A stretch of DNA of 64,000 nt, taken from the NCBI GenBank assembly GCA_025558095.1, contig JAIVFI010000005.1:682001-746000 (forward strand), in the 5' to 3' direction. This document shows, one piece after another, positions 26,501 to 38,516 of this stretch. The notes under the pieces are model-generated. The model was not told the DNA's origin. It ran no database searches and worked only from the letters and a program-made list of their open reading frames with translations. The position numbers were made by a program, and so were the translations under genes. This DNA is from Hyaloraphidium curvatum SAG 235-1 (taxonomy: Eukaryota; Fungi; Monoblepharomycota). Within the stretch, counting starts at the first letter, position 1; the number at the start of each line of letters is the position of its first letter.

Positions 26501-29500
26501 GGGAAGTATCGATCAGACGGCAAATGGACGACCTGTCGTCAATGGTCATCCGCTGGCGAAAGCTTGAGCTGCAATCGTGGAAGGACTTGTTGCTATGGGA
26601 GGACCATAAGTGTGCGAGGACGACGTCAAAGCTGTGGCCGCACCTCTGGACCAGTTTGCTCGGGTGGTCGCTCAGTGATCGTGGAGAGCATGTTCCCGAG
26701 GAAGGCGACGTATCTTCCTTGGTTGCCACGCTCGACCAGTTCATGCTCTCGGCAACTGCGGGGGAGTTTGCAGAGCGTCTCCGCTTGCTCGGCACGTTCC
26801 GCACACACTTGATTGAGCTCGAGCGACTTGAGTTGCGCTCGGATCTGCGACGTGTTGTTCAATTGCTGAGCAACCTGGCCAGCTACTATGCACCGTTGGC
26901 AAGCTACGTGGCCAACCAGATTTCGCATCGTCGGCAGACCATAGAGAAGGAACTCAATGACTACGTTCGTATTGCCTCATGGAAAGACGTCAGCGTGTTT
27001 GCGCTGCGCGAAAGCGCGGTACGCACGCATCACCAGCTGTTCAAGTTCGTGAAGCGCTATCGGGAGGTTTTGGACGTGCCTATGGTTGCCATGGTGCAGC
27101 AGTATCTTGCGGCAGGTTTGGAAGCGCCCAAGCAACTCCCTGTCGCGCTGGACCAAGGCCGGACGGAGTTTGCCACTGATTCGTTGGGACATGACGATGC
27201 TGTTATTGACGTGGCGCTATCTGCGAGGCTCGGCAGTCACCGCCTCCCGGAAGTTCCTCGTTTGCTTCCCAAAATCCGTTCCGTCGGCAATAGCGTGCTT
27301 CGAGGCCTTCACGAACGTTGCGCTTCGACGGAATGGGACGAATTCGCCACGGACATTATCCGGACTACGACCACGTTCGCGGCGGAGTCCAAGGCGCTCG
27401 ATGCAAGCAACGTGCCCGGTCGGAGCAACATGAAGGCAGTGAGGAAGAAGGCGCTTGTGGATCTTTTCCGGCACATGCAGTGGCTCGGTTTATCCGCCCG
27501 ATCTGCCCCAAACGCAGAAGTTGAGGCAACCGCAAAGGTTCTCACCAGTCAGAGGCCTTTGTTCGATGAAGGCTTGCTGGAGCCCGTGAGGATCCGTATG
27601 CGCGAGCATTCGGGATGGGAGGCGGCAGATCGGTACTTCTTTGCTGTCCATTCTTCAATCTCCAAGCTACAGGGCTTACTGGGCAGGCGATCTCCCGATT
27701 TGACGGACTCGGAAGCAAGCAGAGCGCTCAACTTCGCGCGCAACCTTTTCTCGCTGTTGCTGCACCAACGTAACCAGCTCGCTGTGATCGAGGAGCAACT
27801 TTCGTCCATGTCGACCCTTTCCGATCTGTTCAGGGCTGGATTCCGCGCTGGACCCGACATGTCCGTTCTGGAATGGCGAGCAGCTTCTGATTTTGCTTTG
27901 GTGCGCACAGCCGTGCACTCTCTCGAGACCATTCGTTCCATCCACACCCAAGTCAATCACTTGTTTGCGGCATTACCGGAGAGGTTCCCCAAAGCGGACC
28001 GGATCAGACGGTTGCTGACCGTGGATGTGGAACAGATTCTGGGGTCTTTAAAGGCGCTTCTCCCCGCCGGTGGCGGTGAAATGCAGGCGGGCGGGCTCGT
28101 GTTTGAGGATCTGGATTCCTTAGTGAATCGGGCCGTGCAACTCATACGAGACGTCGGAAAGGGAGCAAACCTTGCAGTGTCAGAGGACCCAGAGAACGCC
28201 AGCCTCTATCGATCCATACAGGAACACGCCAGCAACATGGAGGCACCGCTGCTTCGGCATCGTAGTGCCGCCGTTGAGGCCGAAACAGAGGACAGTGATT
28301 GGACACTTCTTGCAGCCCGGATCGACGGACTTATTGATCAGATCTTGATCAGCTATCAAGCATCGCTAGCCGAAGTGAAGGACGAGGAAGCAGGTGACGA
28401 TGAAGTCGACCAGTACGGACTGGCGCATCGCCAGCTCTTGATATCGCATGCGCTGGTGAACGAATGGGCTCGCAAAGCTCGACTTGCAGAGGTGAAAGAT
28501 TACAGTGCGACCTTCGTGAGCTACCTTCGCAACCTGGATTTGCCCGCAACTGGACGAGACTCGCGCCGGAACGTGGGCTCCATGCTTGGGGCGGTTCGAC
28601 TGGTTTACATCGCCTTCGAGGACCACTGCAATCGGTCCTTCGTGGAGCTTTTGCGGCTCCACAGAGCTTTCTGCAAGCTTTCACACGTACTCTGCCAGAC
28701 CTTTACCGGGCTCTTTGAGAATGGCTTCTGCCTCCCGACGGTCACGGAAACCGCGGCGAGGGACGAAGAGAAAGGGCAATCGGGAGCTGGATTTGGAGAC
28801 GGCAGCGGGGAGCGAGATGTTGGCGACCAGGTCGAGCACGAGGATGAGCTCGAGGGCGGTCGCGATGAGGGAGGTCGAGACAACTCGGGGGGCAAAGAGA
28901 TGCAGGCTCGGTCTTCTGAGGACAAGGACGACGTCTCGGTGTCCGAGGACTTTGAAGGCGACCTCGGTGACGTCGACGAGAAGCAGACGGAGGACGAGCC
29001 GCGGCAAGGGGAGGCCGATGCGGAAGAGCAAATGGGAGATGTCGGTGCGGATGGTCCGGAACGAGTGGACGAAGAGCTGTGGAACGCGATCGACGAACAG
29101 GGTGGGGAAAGCGGCGAGGAGCAAAACGCTGACAAGCCGGACGGCGGAAGTGCCGAAAAGGCCAGCCCGGAAGATCGACTGGAGAATGCAAGGGATGACG
29201 CCGCTGGCGGTGACGATGCATCCCTCGACGGGGAGGCCGAAACGGCAGCAGCAAGAGATCCGACATTGGAAGCGGAGAACGAAGGCGAGATGCGAGAGAA
29301 GCTGGGGTCGCCAGAGGATGACCAAGACATGCGAGACGATGGCGAGCCCCATGAGGACACGGCATCCAACGAGGGTCTGGATGGTGACGAAGAGATGGAG
29401 GTCGAAGGTGAAGAAGGCCAGATGGATCGGGAGGAGGGAGGACGCGACTCCGTCGCAGGCGACTCCGCCGAAGTGGACCAAGAAGCTCCGGAACCCCAGG

Positions 29501-31410
29501 GGGAGTTGCCATCGCAGGATCTCGATCTGGGAATGACTCCCGACGAAGAGGACGCAAGATCGGAAGCCAGTGCTTGCCAACTTGACGACGAGGCTGGGCA
29601 GAGTGGCAACGAGGACGCGGGCGCTCAGGCGGCTGGAGAGAGCGCAGTCAACCTCGCGGATCCTGATACCAAGAGCGCACGAAGTGCCCCTCCGTCGTCC
29701 GGTGCCGGGGCTTCAGCCCCAAACGCATCGTTGGATGAAGGAGGAGCGGCAGATTTCCAGGCAAAAGCGGCGCCGCATCCTCCCGAGCAAGACAACAGTA
29801 ACGAAGTGACCTCGGATGGTGACGCGCAATTCAGGGACACGCCGAATCCGTCTCGAAGTCTTGGCGATGCCAAGAGGGCGTGGAAGCGGAAGCTTCAAGT
29901 CATCGAACGAGAGCAACGGAGTAAGCGGAATGCGTTTCCGAACCTGGAAACCTCTCTGATGTGCTCAAGCAGCGCAAGCCGATGGCCGCAACGATCCGGA
30001 ATCTGAGCAAGGAGGCAGCCTATTCGAGCACATACCGATGGACGCTGTGACTGGCTCGACGACACAGACGCTCGGTGCCGCCGAGAAGGAACAGCTGGAA
30101 TCGAGCGCGGTAGATGAGCGTGAATCGCGCGAAATCGGAGGCTCAAGCAACCAGCACCTGGACGTTGCAAGGGATGTGCTCCCCGAGGATGATGCCGCTA
30201 GCACCGATGCAGCAGCCCCGCTGAGTTCCCTCAGAAAGGACGCGCGCGGTGGAAGCGAGGATGAGGCTGCTGCCGAAGAGGATCAAGGAGCATCCCAAGA
30301 TGCCACTCGCGCTGACGATGAACAGAGCGCGCGCCCTCGCTCGCTTGCTGTGTCGAATGCGAAGCAGTCTGCATTCGGCGATGATGCAGAGGACAGCAAG
30401 GTTGACAACGCACCGGCGGAGCCAGACGAGGCGTTGAGGACGGAGCTCGAGGCAACCGAAAGCTTCGGAGACGGCGCCGAGCATGACAACGCCCGCAGAA
30501 CTTGGGCGCAGTTCGAAAATCGAACTGCCCACCTGTCGTCTTCTCTGGCCGAGCAGTTGAGATTGATCTTGGAACCAACGTTGGCCTCGCAACTCCGCGG
30601 CGACTACAAGACCGGGAAGCGTCTAAACATGCGCAAGATCATTCCATACATCGCGAGCTCGTTCAAAAAGGACAAGATATGGTTGCGGCGGACACGGCCC
30701 AACAAGAGGCAGTACCAGGTCATGATTGCGGTCGACGACTCCAAGTCTATGGCAGAATCCCGATCGGTGGAGCTCACGTACCAATCGGTGGCGGTCATAT
30801 CGAAAGCTCTGTCGAACATTGAAGCCGGGCAGCTCGCGATCGCGCGCTTTGGAGAGGACGTTCGCCTGCTCCACGACTTTGATTCGCCGTTCAACACGGA
30901 TTCCGGAGCATCAGTGATCCGCCGTTTCACGTTCCAGCAATCGCGCACCGACGTCAGATTCCTGCTGCAGCAGTCGCTGGCCATCTTCAGCAACGCGAGG
31001 ACCTCCGCTTCCGCCGGGATTGGCAAAGCTGCGGACCTGTGGCAGCTTTTGATCGTGGTTTCGGACGGCATCTACGAGGACCACCCGGCCGTCAGGTCGC
31101 TTGTGCAGCAGGCCGCGGAGCGAAAGGTGCTCGCCCTTTTCGTGGTGATCGACAATCGCTTGGAGAAGGATTCGGTGCTTTCAATGACGAACGTAAGCTA
31201 CTCATATGTCGACGGGAAGCCGGCCATCAAGTTCAACCGGTGAGGGTTGACAGATCCGCGCGAGATTGTCTCAACTCACCCTCGTCTGTCCTCAGCTACA
31301 TGGATACCTTCCCGGCGGAATACTACGTTGTGCTGAGGGACATTGAAAGTCTGCCTTCAGTGCTTTCCTCGGCGCTGCGGCAGTTCTTCATGGCATCCGC
31401 CTCTGATTGA
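14576..31410 (+). CDS. MDN1: Midasin (Rea1) AAA+ ATPase, multi-exon
   Basis: Six AAA modules ([48 protein letters not shown]), long linker, D/E-rich region and C-terminal MIDAS domain ([30 protein letters not shown]). Confidence 0.98.
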
Positions 31411-31447
31411 GCTTTTGTATTGAACGCTGAAGAGCCAAATGTATCCA

Positions 31448-33215
31448 CTATCTGCGTATCATGGCATCTCGGCCGGCGCCGACGCCGATCCACTCCACTG
31501 CGGGCCGACCCATCAGAACAGTCCGATGCCTTGCCGCCAGACACGGAGGACCCACTTTTGACCCCCATAAGCTCTTCGATGCGCTCCACGTACTTTCTGG
31601 CGTTCGCGGGGAGTTCATCGTACCTCCTCACCTTGCTAATGTCGGTCTGCCAGCCAGGCAAGGTCTCGTACTCGACCTCTACCTTCGCAAGTACGCCCAG
31701 GTCCGCTGCGACGCACGGACGTTGGTGGCAGGTTCGGGAAGGCGTCAGGACTTGCACACACCAGGGAAGGCTTCGAGCCGCTTTCCATTTAGCTTGTAAG
31801 CAACTCCGATCTTGATCTCGGGGAGCTGGTCCAGCACGTCCAGCTTTGTAAGGTTGACACTGGAGGCAGACCAATTGGCATCAATTGCGCCGCTGCTCAC
31901 AGGCCAGGTTGACCGACCTGGAGTAATCGTTGATCATGTGGCTCCAGCGCAACACCACCATGTCGAGCCAGCCGCATCTGCGCTTGCGACCAGTTGTGAC
32001 CCCGACCTCGAAGCCCACCTTTTGAAGGTGCTCCCCAATGTCCTTTGCGGCTCGCGTCAGCTTCGCTCCTCGTCATCAGGCGCAAACTGGGGCTCCTTAC
32101 GTTGAGCTGCTCTGTCGGAAAAGGTCCGGCGCCTACGCGCGTCGTGTAGGCCTTTACGACGCCAAACACCTTGCCAATGCGGCTCGGCGCCACTCCCAAG
32201 CCCGTGCAAACGCCTCCCACCCCGGTGTTTGACGACGTCACAAAGGGGTATGTGCCTGGTGTGGCGGAGATGAGGTACTGAGAAAAGAAGGAGTGTGGGA
32301 CGGTCCCTGCCCACCGAAGTCAATGTCGAGCATGATGGCGTTGGCACCCTCCACAAGGATCTTCTTCCCCTCGGTATAGGCCTTGTAGAGATAAGTCACC
32401 GAATCAATAACGTACGGGCGAATCCTTTCCGCGTAGCCCTGACAGGTTTCAAACGTAAGCCCGGTGTCGGATGATCCCCCAAACGGGCAAACCTTGTACC
32501 GCGCGATCTCCGCGTCCACGTCGTACTCGAAGTTGCCGAATCGCTTTTTCTTGTTTGCGACCATCGATCGCACCCTCCTTTCGAACTCGGGGAAATCCTC
32601 CACGAGGTGGTGGACGCGAACCCCGGAACGGCTTGCCTTGGAGCTGTACGTTGGGCCAATGCCTTTCTTGGTCGTTCCGATGCTGGAGCCCCCGAGCTCC
32701 ACTTCCTTCAGGCCATCAATCATCTGATGGACGTCGAGAACCAGATGGGATCTATCCGAGAGGAACAGACGCCCTGCGCAGGAGATCCCTGTGCGACGCC
32801 GTTGTCACCCAGCTGTCAGGGCGTGAGTGTCAACCATCCCTGCCTTTCTTCTCCGTGGTTTCCAGCTCCTGAAAGAAGGATGGCAGGTGCGTCACAACGC
32901 CGTTCCCGACGATGGAAATGCAGTTGGGCTGCACGAGGCCGGAGGGCAGCATGTGGAAGTCGAACTTGACCCCGTCCACGACGATGGTGTGCCCGGCATT
33001 GTTGCCACCCTAGAAACCGTAGCAGCAACGTGATGCGCAGTACCGGATGTCGGCAATTCCGCGAGGTGTCAGGGCCCGACTAGGTAGCAGGGTCAGGGAC
33101 CAACCTGGCAACGGACGACGATGTCCACGTCCTCGCAGAGCACATCAACCAACTTGCCCTTGCCCTCGTCTCCCCATTGGCTGCCGAGCACCACGTCTAT
33201 CGGTTGCGGGGCCAT
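31448..33215 (-). CDS. ADE12: Adenylosuccinate synthetase, multi-exon
   Basis: [86 protein letters not shown]. Confidence 0.98.
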
Positions 33216-33366
33216 TTGGCCGGCGATTCAGCCGGGGCCGCCGACGTTTGCTTGTGGGGGCCGGCACTGGCGGCGGGCGCTGCGGCGGCGCGCGTCGCGC
33301 GCACAGGTGGCCGGGCCAACTTCTCTCCCTCTTCGCCCGCGATGTCCACGCGGCGCGGTCTCCACC

Positions 33367-36184
33367 ATGGCAAACTACAGCAGCTTTGAGGAGCTCTTCA
33401 ACCTGCCGCCCGGCCCGGAGAGTGCGTCGCGCGGCGGCACGGCTTCTTCCGGGCCGGGCGGGGACGGCCCGCAGCCGCGCGTGCACGCCGGGGGCGGCGA
33501 TGCAAACGCAGCGCTCCTTGCGGCACTCAGCTCCGCGGCTGCGGCGCGTGCGCGGCCCGCCCGCGCCCTCGAAGCTGCGACCAACGGCCTGGGCGTCGCG
33601 GGCTCCGGGGGAGCAACGTTTCAACCGGACCGCCCGGCGGCCGTTCCCTTCGCGCGGACGCAGGACCCCGGTCTGCCTGCCGACGTTGACCAGCAAGATG
33701 CGAACTCGGCGGCCAACGGCAGGACGGCGCAGGGCGGCACTGGCGGCACGAAGCGGAACCCCCAGTTCCAAGACATTCAGAAGAGCTTGAAGCGGCCTCG
33801 GCGAGACGCGGAAGCCGTGTCAAACGGGGATTTTGGCGACACGGGAATGCTGGATTCGACCATGGCGGACACCGTTGTGGATGTCGCGTCCGCAGCCGAC
33901 GGCGATCTGCCAAGACCCACCGGCGCCGGAGACCCTCCTCGGACACCGAATGGCGACGTTTTGGCCTTTCGGAGTCAAAAATCCGCCGCGTGGGGCAGCA
34001 CTCGCCCTGCTGTATCGTTCTTCTTGGATTTTCAAGAAGCCTCCAATGTTTCCCCGCCGCCTAGCGCCTCGGTGCCGAAGCCCAAGCGCCAGGTCGCACT
34101 CTCGAAGCGTGCCCTCCAAGTATACCGCTTTCGCGAAGAGTACAATTCGGAGGCTCTCCAGCGTCAGCTGGCGTTCAACGAGCGTCTCATGGAGGAGAAG
34201 CAGGCCGAGGCCAAAGACGTGGAAGGCTCCAACAGTGCTCGAAACAACGTGGTGCAAGATGCAAAGGTCCAGGCTGCCGTTTCCGGCCGGCGCAGCGGCC
34301 AAGGAAATGCTCCCCGCTCACGACCGGCCTTTGAGGTCGTGCTGCCTCGGCAACGGAAGGCGTGGAGGAAGATGTCGCGGGATCTGTTCGTGTAGTGGGT
34401 TCCCGGATGGATTGCGCGGCGCTGGGAGGTGTTCATTTCGCCTTCATTAGCTCCGAGGACCAGGTCAAGGACGTAGCGGAGCGGGAAGAGCTGCTTGTGC
34501 CGATTCGGCTCGACGTTGAGTTCAATGGGTTCAGGCTGAGGGACACGTTCACCTGGAACATGAACGGTACGTCTCGTCGCGCGCCATGGGAGCGTCTCGA
34601 TTGAGTTCCTTGTCACGCTCGTAGATCCGCTCGTGAACCCGACCTCGTTTGCCGAGATCCTGTGCGAGGACCTCAAGGTCCCGGACAGCACCGTCTTTGT
34701 GCCCCTCATTGTCCAGCAGATCGTGGAACAGGTTGAGGACTACAGAGTGAACGCTCCTGTCGTCATTTTGGAGCGGAGCACCTTGACGGAAGGACGCATG
34801 GCCGAAGGAGCCGACGGGGACGACAAATGGGCGGACAATCTTGGCGAGCTGAGGATCCCCATTCACTTGAACATCGTCGTCGACAAGATGCATCTGCACG
34901 ATCTGTTCGAATGGGACGTGAGCTGTTGGCGCAACAGCCCCGAAGCCTTTGCGGAGATCCTTGTTCGCGAGGAGCGCCTCGATCCCGAGTTCAAGTGCGT
35001 GCCGCACCACGTGACCCCGGCGACACGTCTGACGCTGATTTCCTTGCAGGACCGCCATCGCACATCAGATCCGGGAGCAAGTGCAAAGCTTTGCAAAGAC
35101 TCTGATGCACGTGGGCTATGCTTTCGACGGATCTGCCGTGGAAGACGAGGAGGCTGCCGAAACCATGCTGGCCGCTGTCTCCACTCGGGACGGCGTCGCG
35201 AGAGACGCAAGGAGCCAGGCGCTGCACGGTCCCACACTCATCGAGCTTCGCCCGGACGAAATCGAGAGGCTGGAGAGGGAGCAGCGCGAGAGGGACAGCC
35301 GTCGGAAGCGCCGCGGAGGTCGAAGCCGGCGGTCCGCAGCTGCTCCGTCAGGAGCGGACCGAGATGGGACCCTGACGAACCGCTCGTTGCCCGAGATAGT
35401 CGTTCAAGGCAGTGTTCCTCCCGCGGAAGCAGCTCGGACCGGTGCTTCCTCTCCTTCGCTCGCGTCGGTTCCCGCGGAATCGGCGTCGGGGGGCAATCGC
35501 CGCAATCGCAGAGCGGCGGCTGTAGCGGCGGCCTCGGCCACAGCGGCCATGCTCGCCGCCGACCGCGCTTTGGACCGCGCCGAACGCGAAGGCCGCGACT
35601 TTGAATCCGACGACGAGGACGCATCTTCGGGGCGGAGTCCTGCCCCTCGCCCGATGGTGCCTCGCGGTATGTTAATGGCGTTTCGCAGTCGATCTATTGT
35701 TGCGAGCGACTGACTCCCCCCCCCCTTTCCAGCCCCCGCTGCAACCCCATTGGGTTACACGCTGCCCAACAACTACCAAGCGTTACGGACTCCGCTGGTC
35801 GCCCAGTCTGCTGCTGCTGCAGCTGCAGGAGCTGGGCAAGTGTTTCCTAGAGTCAGCCAGGACATTGCCAGTCGGGCCGAGGCAGTGGCAACGTTGATCT
35901 CACCGTACCAGGAGACGGTCGATGAACGGGAGCTCGCTCCTTGGCTGCAGGAAGCCCTGCTGATGCTCCGGCGGCAGTATCCCAACGATCTCTTCTCCAT
36001 AGCGCGGAGAGCACGGACCACCCAGGAAGTCGGCTTGCCGGATGATTCGTTGCTTCGCTTGCGCTGCCACGACTGCCCGGGACGGCAGTATGCCCTGGGA
36101 CCCCAGATGTCTCTGAGCAACTTTGAGGTGCACCTCAACAACAGGGCACATCGGCAGGCAGTGGCGTCCAGGGCGGCCCTGTAG
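33367..36184 (+). CDS. SNF5: SWI/SNF subunit Snf5, multi-exon
   Basis: Snf5 repeats (LVPIRLDVE..LRDTFTWN..FAEILCEDL; LRIPIHLNI..DLFEWD..PEAFA..TAIAHQIREQ) and the fungal C-terminal zinc motif RCHDCPG..NFEVHL...H. Confidence 0.93.
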
Positions 36185-36363
36185 CTGGCACCGCAGTTGG
36201 GCGGCCAGAGGATCAAAGTTGGTGTGCGGAAGCTTATCTTTTGGGCACGGTGTTTTGTGGCTAGTTCCTGGATTTGTTGCAAGGCAGGCACGCTGAATCT
36301 AGAGCCATTGATCCATTCCTCCGAATCGCGCAGCCGCGAGCGGCGATTTCGACCGACAGTCCC

Positions 36364-36399
36364 GCGGAGTCTGGTTCACTGATTCCAGGTCGCGCGGCG
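36364..36399 (+). repeat. 36-bp dispersed repeat, copy 2, at the left edge of the repeat island
   Basis: GCGGAGTCTGGTTCACTGATTCCAGGTCGCGCGGCG, followed by a partial second copy (CTGATTCCAGGTCG, ~36408-36421) and a C-run. Confidence 0.8.
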
Positions 36400-36994
36400 A
36401 ATGGTCTCTGATTCCAGGTCGTTTGGCTGCTGGTATCGCCCCCCCCCCCCCGCCGCTACCTGCCATGTAGCTTTGCCGCGGAGCGGCCCGCGAGCGCCAG
36501 CGAGCCCCGCGCCAGCGGGCACGTACCCCACCGCCGCAGGCAGCAGGCGTATATGACTTTTCGCGGGCAGTTCTTTCCCCCGGGGACGGCCGCCGGCGGC
36601 GCGCGGGACTTGGACCTTGAGATGTAGGAGCATGCTTTTCATGCAATAAAACCCGTTGGGAAATGCATGGGTAGTGAGATCCCCTGCGGGGGGCTTCCGG
36701 GCCGGTGGTGGCCGGACCCCGGGTGGAGCGCGCGCCCAACACCCCCTCGCCCAAACCGGGCTCCCCGTCCACCCGGACGGCGCGTGCGTTCCTGTGCGGG
36801 GGCGGCGCGGCGCGGCGGCGGGACGAGGCGCGGTGGGGGCAACCCGGTGCCGCTCCCCGTCGGACGTCCCTCACGCGCTGCACCCCTCGCCGCCCCTCCC
36901 GCGCAGCCACTGTCGACGGCGGCGGACAGCAAAATGGCGGACATGAAGGGGGACGGCGGCGGAAACACGGCTGAGGGGTGGGAGGGCGGGCGGC

Positions 36995-37402
36995 ATGCCG
37001 GGACCGCGGTACCTTCTCACGGCCGACGCTCCCCGCGACAGTTTCGACGTGCAAGGGGCCGGGGCAGACAAGGAGAGCGAGGAGGAGGAGTACGACGACC
37101 TTCCCTCGCTCGAGTACATCTCGGAGGGGGGAGTAGAGGAGGAGCATGGCGAGGACGGTTCGGACAAGGGCGACGCTCCCCGGCAGGAGCAGGCGGTTCG
37201 CCCCTCTCCCCTCGAGATCTACACCCTCCTCGCCAGGAAGGACGGAGCGGGTAGGATCGGCGGGTACGGCGCGGCAGGACGCGGGGGCGATGCCATGCTG
37301 TCCAGGGCGACGGGCTTTGATTGCGGGCGTGGTCGGGCGGAAGTCGGGCGGAACCGCGACTACCTCTGGCGGACCCGAACCCTCCATTTTCCCGCACGCT
37401 GA
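36995..37402 (+). other. Acidic ORF fragment, possibly a TE or gene relic
   Basis: Coding-like acidic stretch (ESEEEEYDDLPSLEYISE); no family recognised. Confidence 0.3.
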
Positions 37403-38063
37403 GTTCTTCCGCTAGCCAACGCCTCACTCAAACGAGCACGATGATAATTCGGTGCACTGCTCGTGGATTGTATCCAGAAGCACCCTCGGGTTTCGTTGCT
37501 GCGGCGGACCTCAATAGCCACAGCACAGGCCTGTGTTCCAAGTTCACCTCGTTTCCGCAGCCCAGTAATTCCAAATTAAACTGGTCTGAGGCTTGCTGCA
37601 CGGCTATGTTTGGAAGCATGTCTTTTTCTACGCGGATACAGGAGCCGCAACAGTGTCCGCCGCCATCGTGAGGTGCCTTTCGGGTTTAGGGCATTGGGTG
37701 CGCATGCAGTTGCACAGCCCGTCCCACGCTGCGCCACGAAACCGCGACCGAAGCCCCGACGTGAAGGAAACTCGCCTTCGCAGACGTGCGACATGAATGG
37801 CACCGCAGACGTGCGACATGAATGGCGCCGCTGTCCGTGCTCAACCCGATGGAGAGCGCGCGCAATGAGCTGTACGGTTTCGGCCCGCAGTCGGTCTTTG
37901 TCGCAAGGATCCTTGGCCTCGTCGCAATTGCCATTGCCGCCATCGCCTACTTTGCGTCTACCATCATGGATTTTGGGACCTTCCCATCCAGCGGGCACAA
38001 TGTCAGGCATGCAGCTTCATCTAGGTCCTGAAAAGTTCAGTGTTGGTTCTGGTCAAAAGGTGC

Positions 38064-38293
38064 TGGAGTCGCCGTGTAGGCGAGCAAAGAGCCGTAGGGC
38101 TCCTGCCTTCATTCCCCGTGCGTCTTGGAGTCGCCGTGTAGGCGAGCAAAGAGCCGTAGGACTCCTGCCTCCATCCCCGTGTGTTTTGGAGTCGCCGTGT
38201 AGGCGAGCAAAGAGCCGTAGGACTCCTGCCTCCATCCCCGTGTGTTTTGGAGTCGCCGTGCAGGCGAGCAAAAAGCCGTAGGGCTCCTGCCTC
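38064..38293. repeat. 61-bp minisatellite, ~3.8 copies
   Basis: Unit TGGAGTCGCCGTGTAGGCGAGCAAAGAGCCGTAGGACTCCTGCCTCCATCCCCGTGTGTTT starting at 38064, 38126, 38187 and 38248. Confidence 0.95.
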
Positions 38294-38321
38294 TGGTTCA
38301 GAGCTGCTTCCTCCGCAAGAG

Positions 38322-38516
38322 CATGTTCATGACCATGAGTCGGCTCTCAAGTTCCTCATGCACATCAAAACAACTGACCCCGCATTGTACCTGCTCTACA
38401 AGGAGCTCGAGATCGAGGCACTGAAGGGGTGCTGGAACTGGGCTGCCTTCCTGTGGGAACTACTTGTATACTATGGTGGAGAGGAGGGGAGGGAGATGTG
38501 GGAGAAGGACACCTTT
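38322..38516 (+). mobile_element. Diverged LINE fragment, inverted relative to the array
   Basis: VHDHESALKFLMHIKTTDPALYLLYKELEIEALKGCWNWAAFL...MWEKDTF is homologous to the array ORF with many substitutions. Confidence 0.9.

Noticed and set aside
13297-36399. One giant 23-kb transposon bounded by the 36-bp inverted repeats
   Set aside because: The interval holds ordinary housekeeping genes, no TSD is visible, and the repeat-like sequence lies outside rather than inside the pair.
38064-38293. Possible CRISPR array
   Set aside because: Units are contiguous near-identical repeats with no unique spacers; the context is eukaryotic and no cas genes are present.
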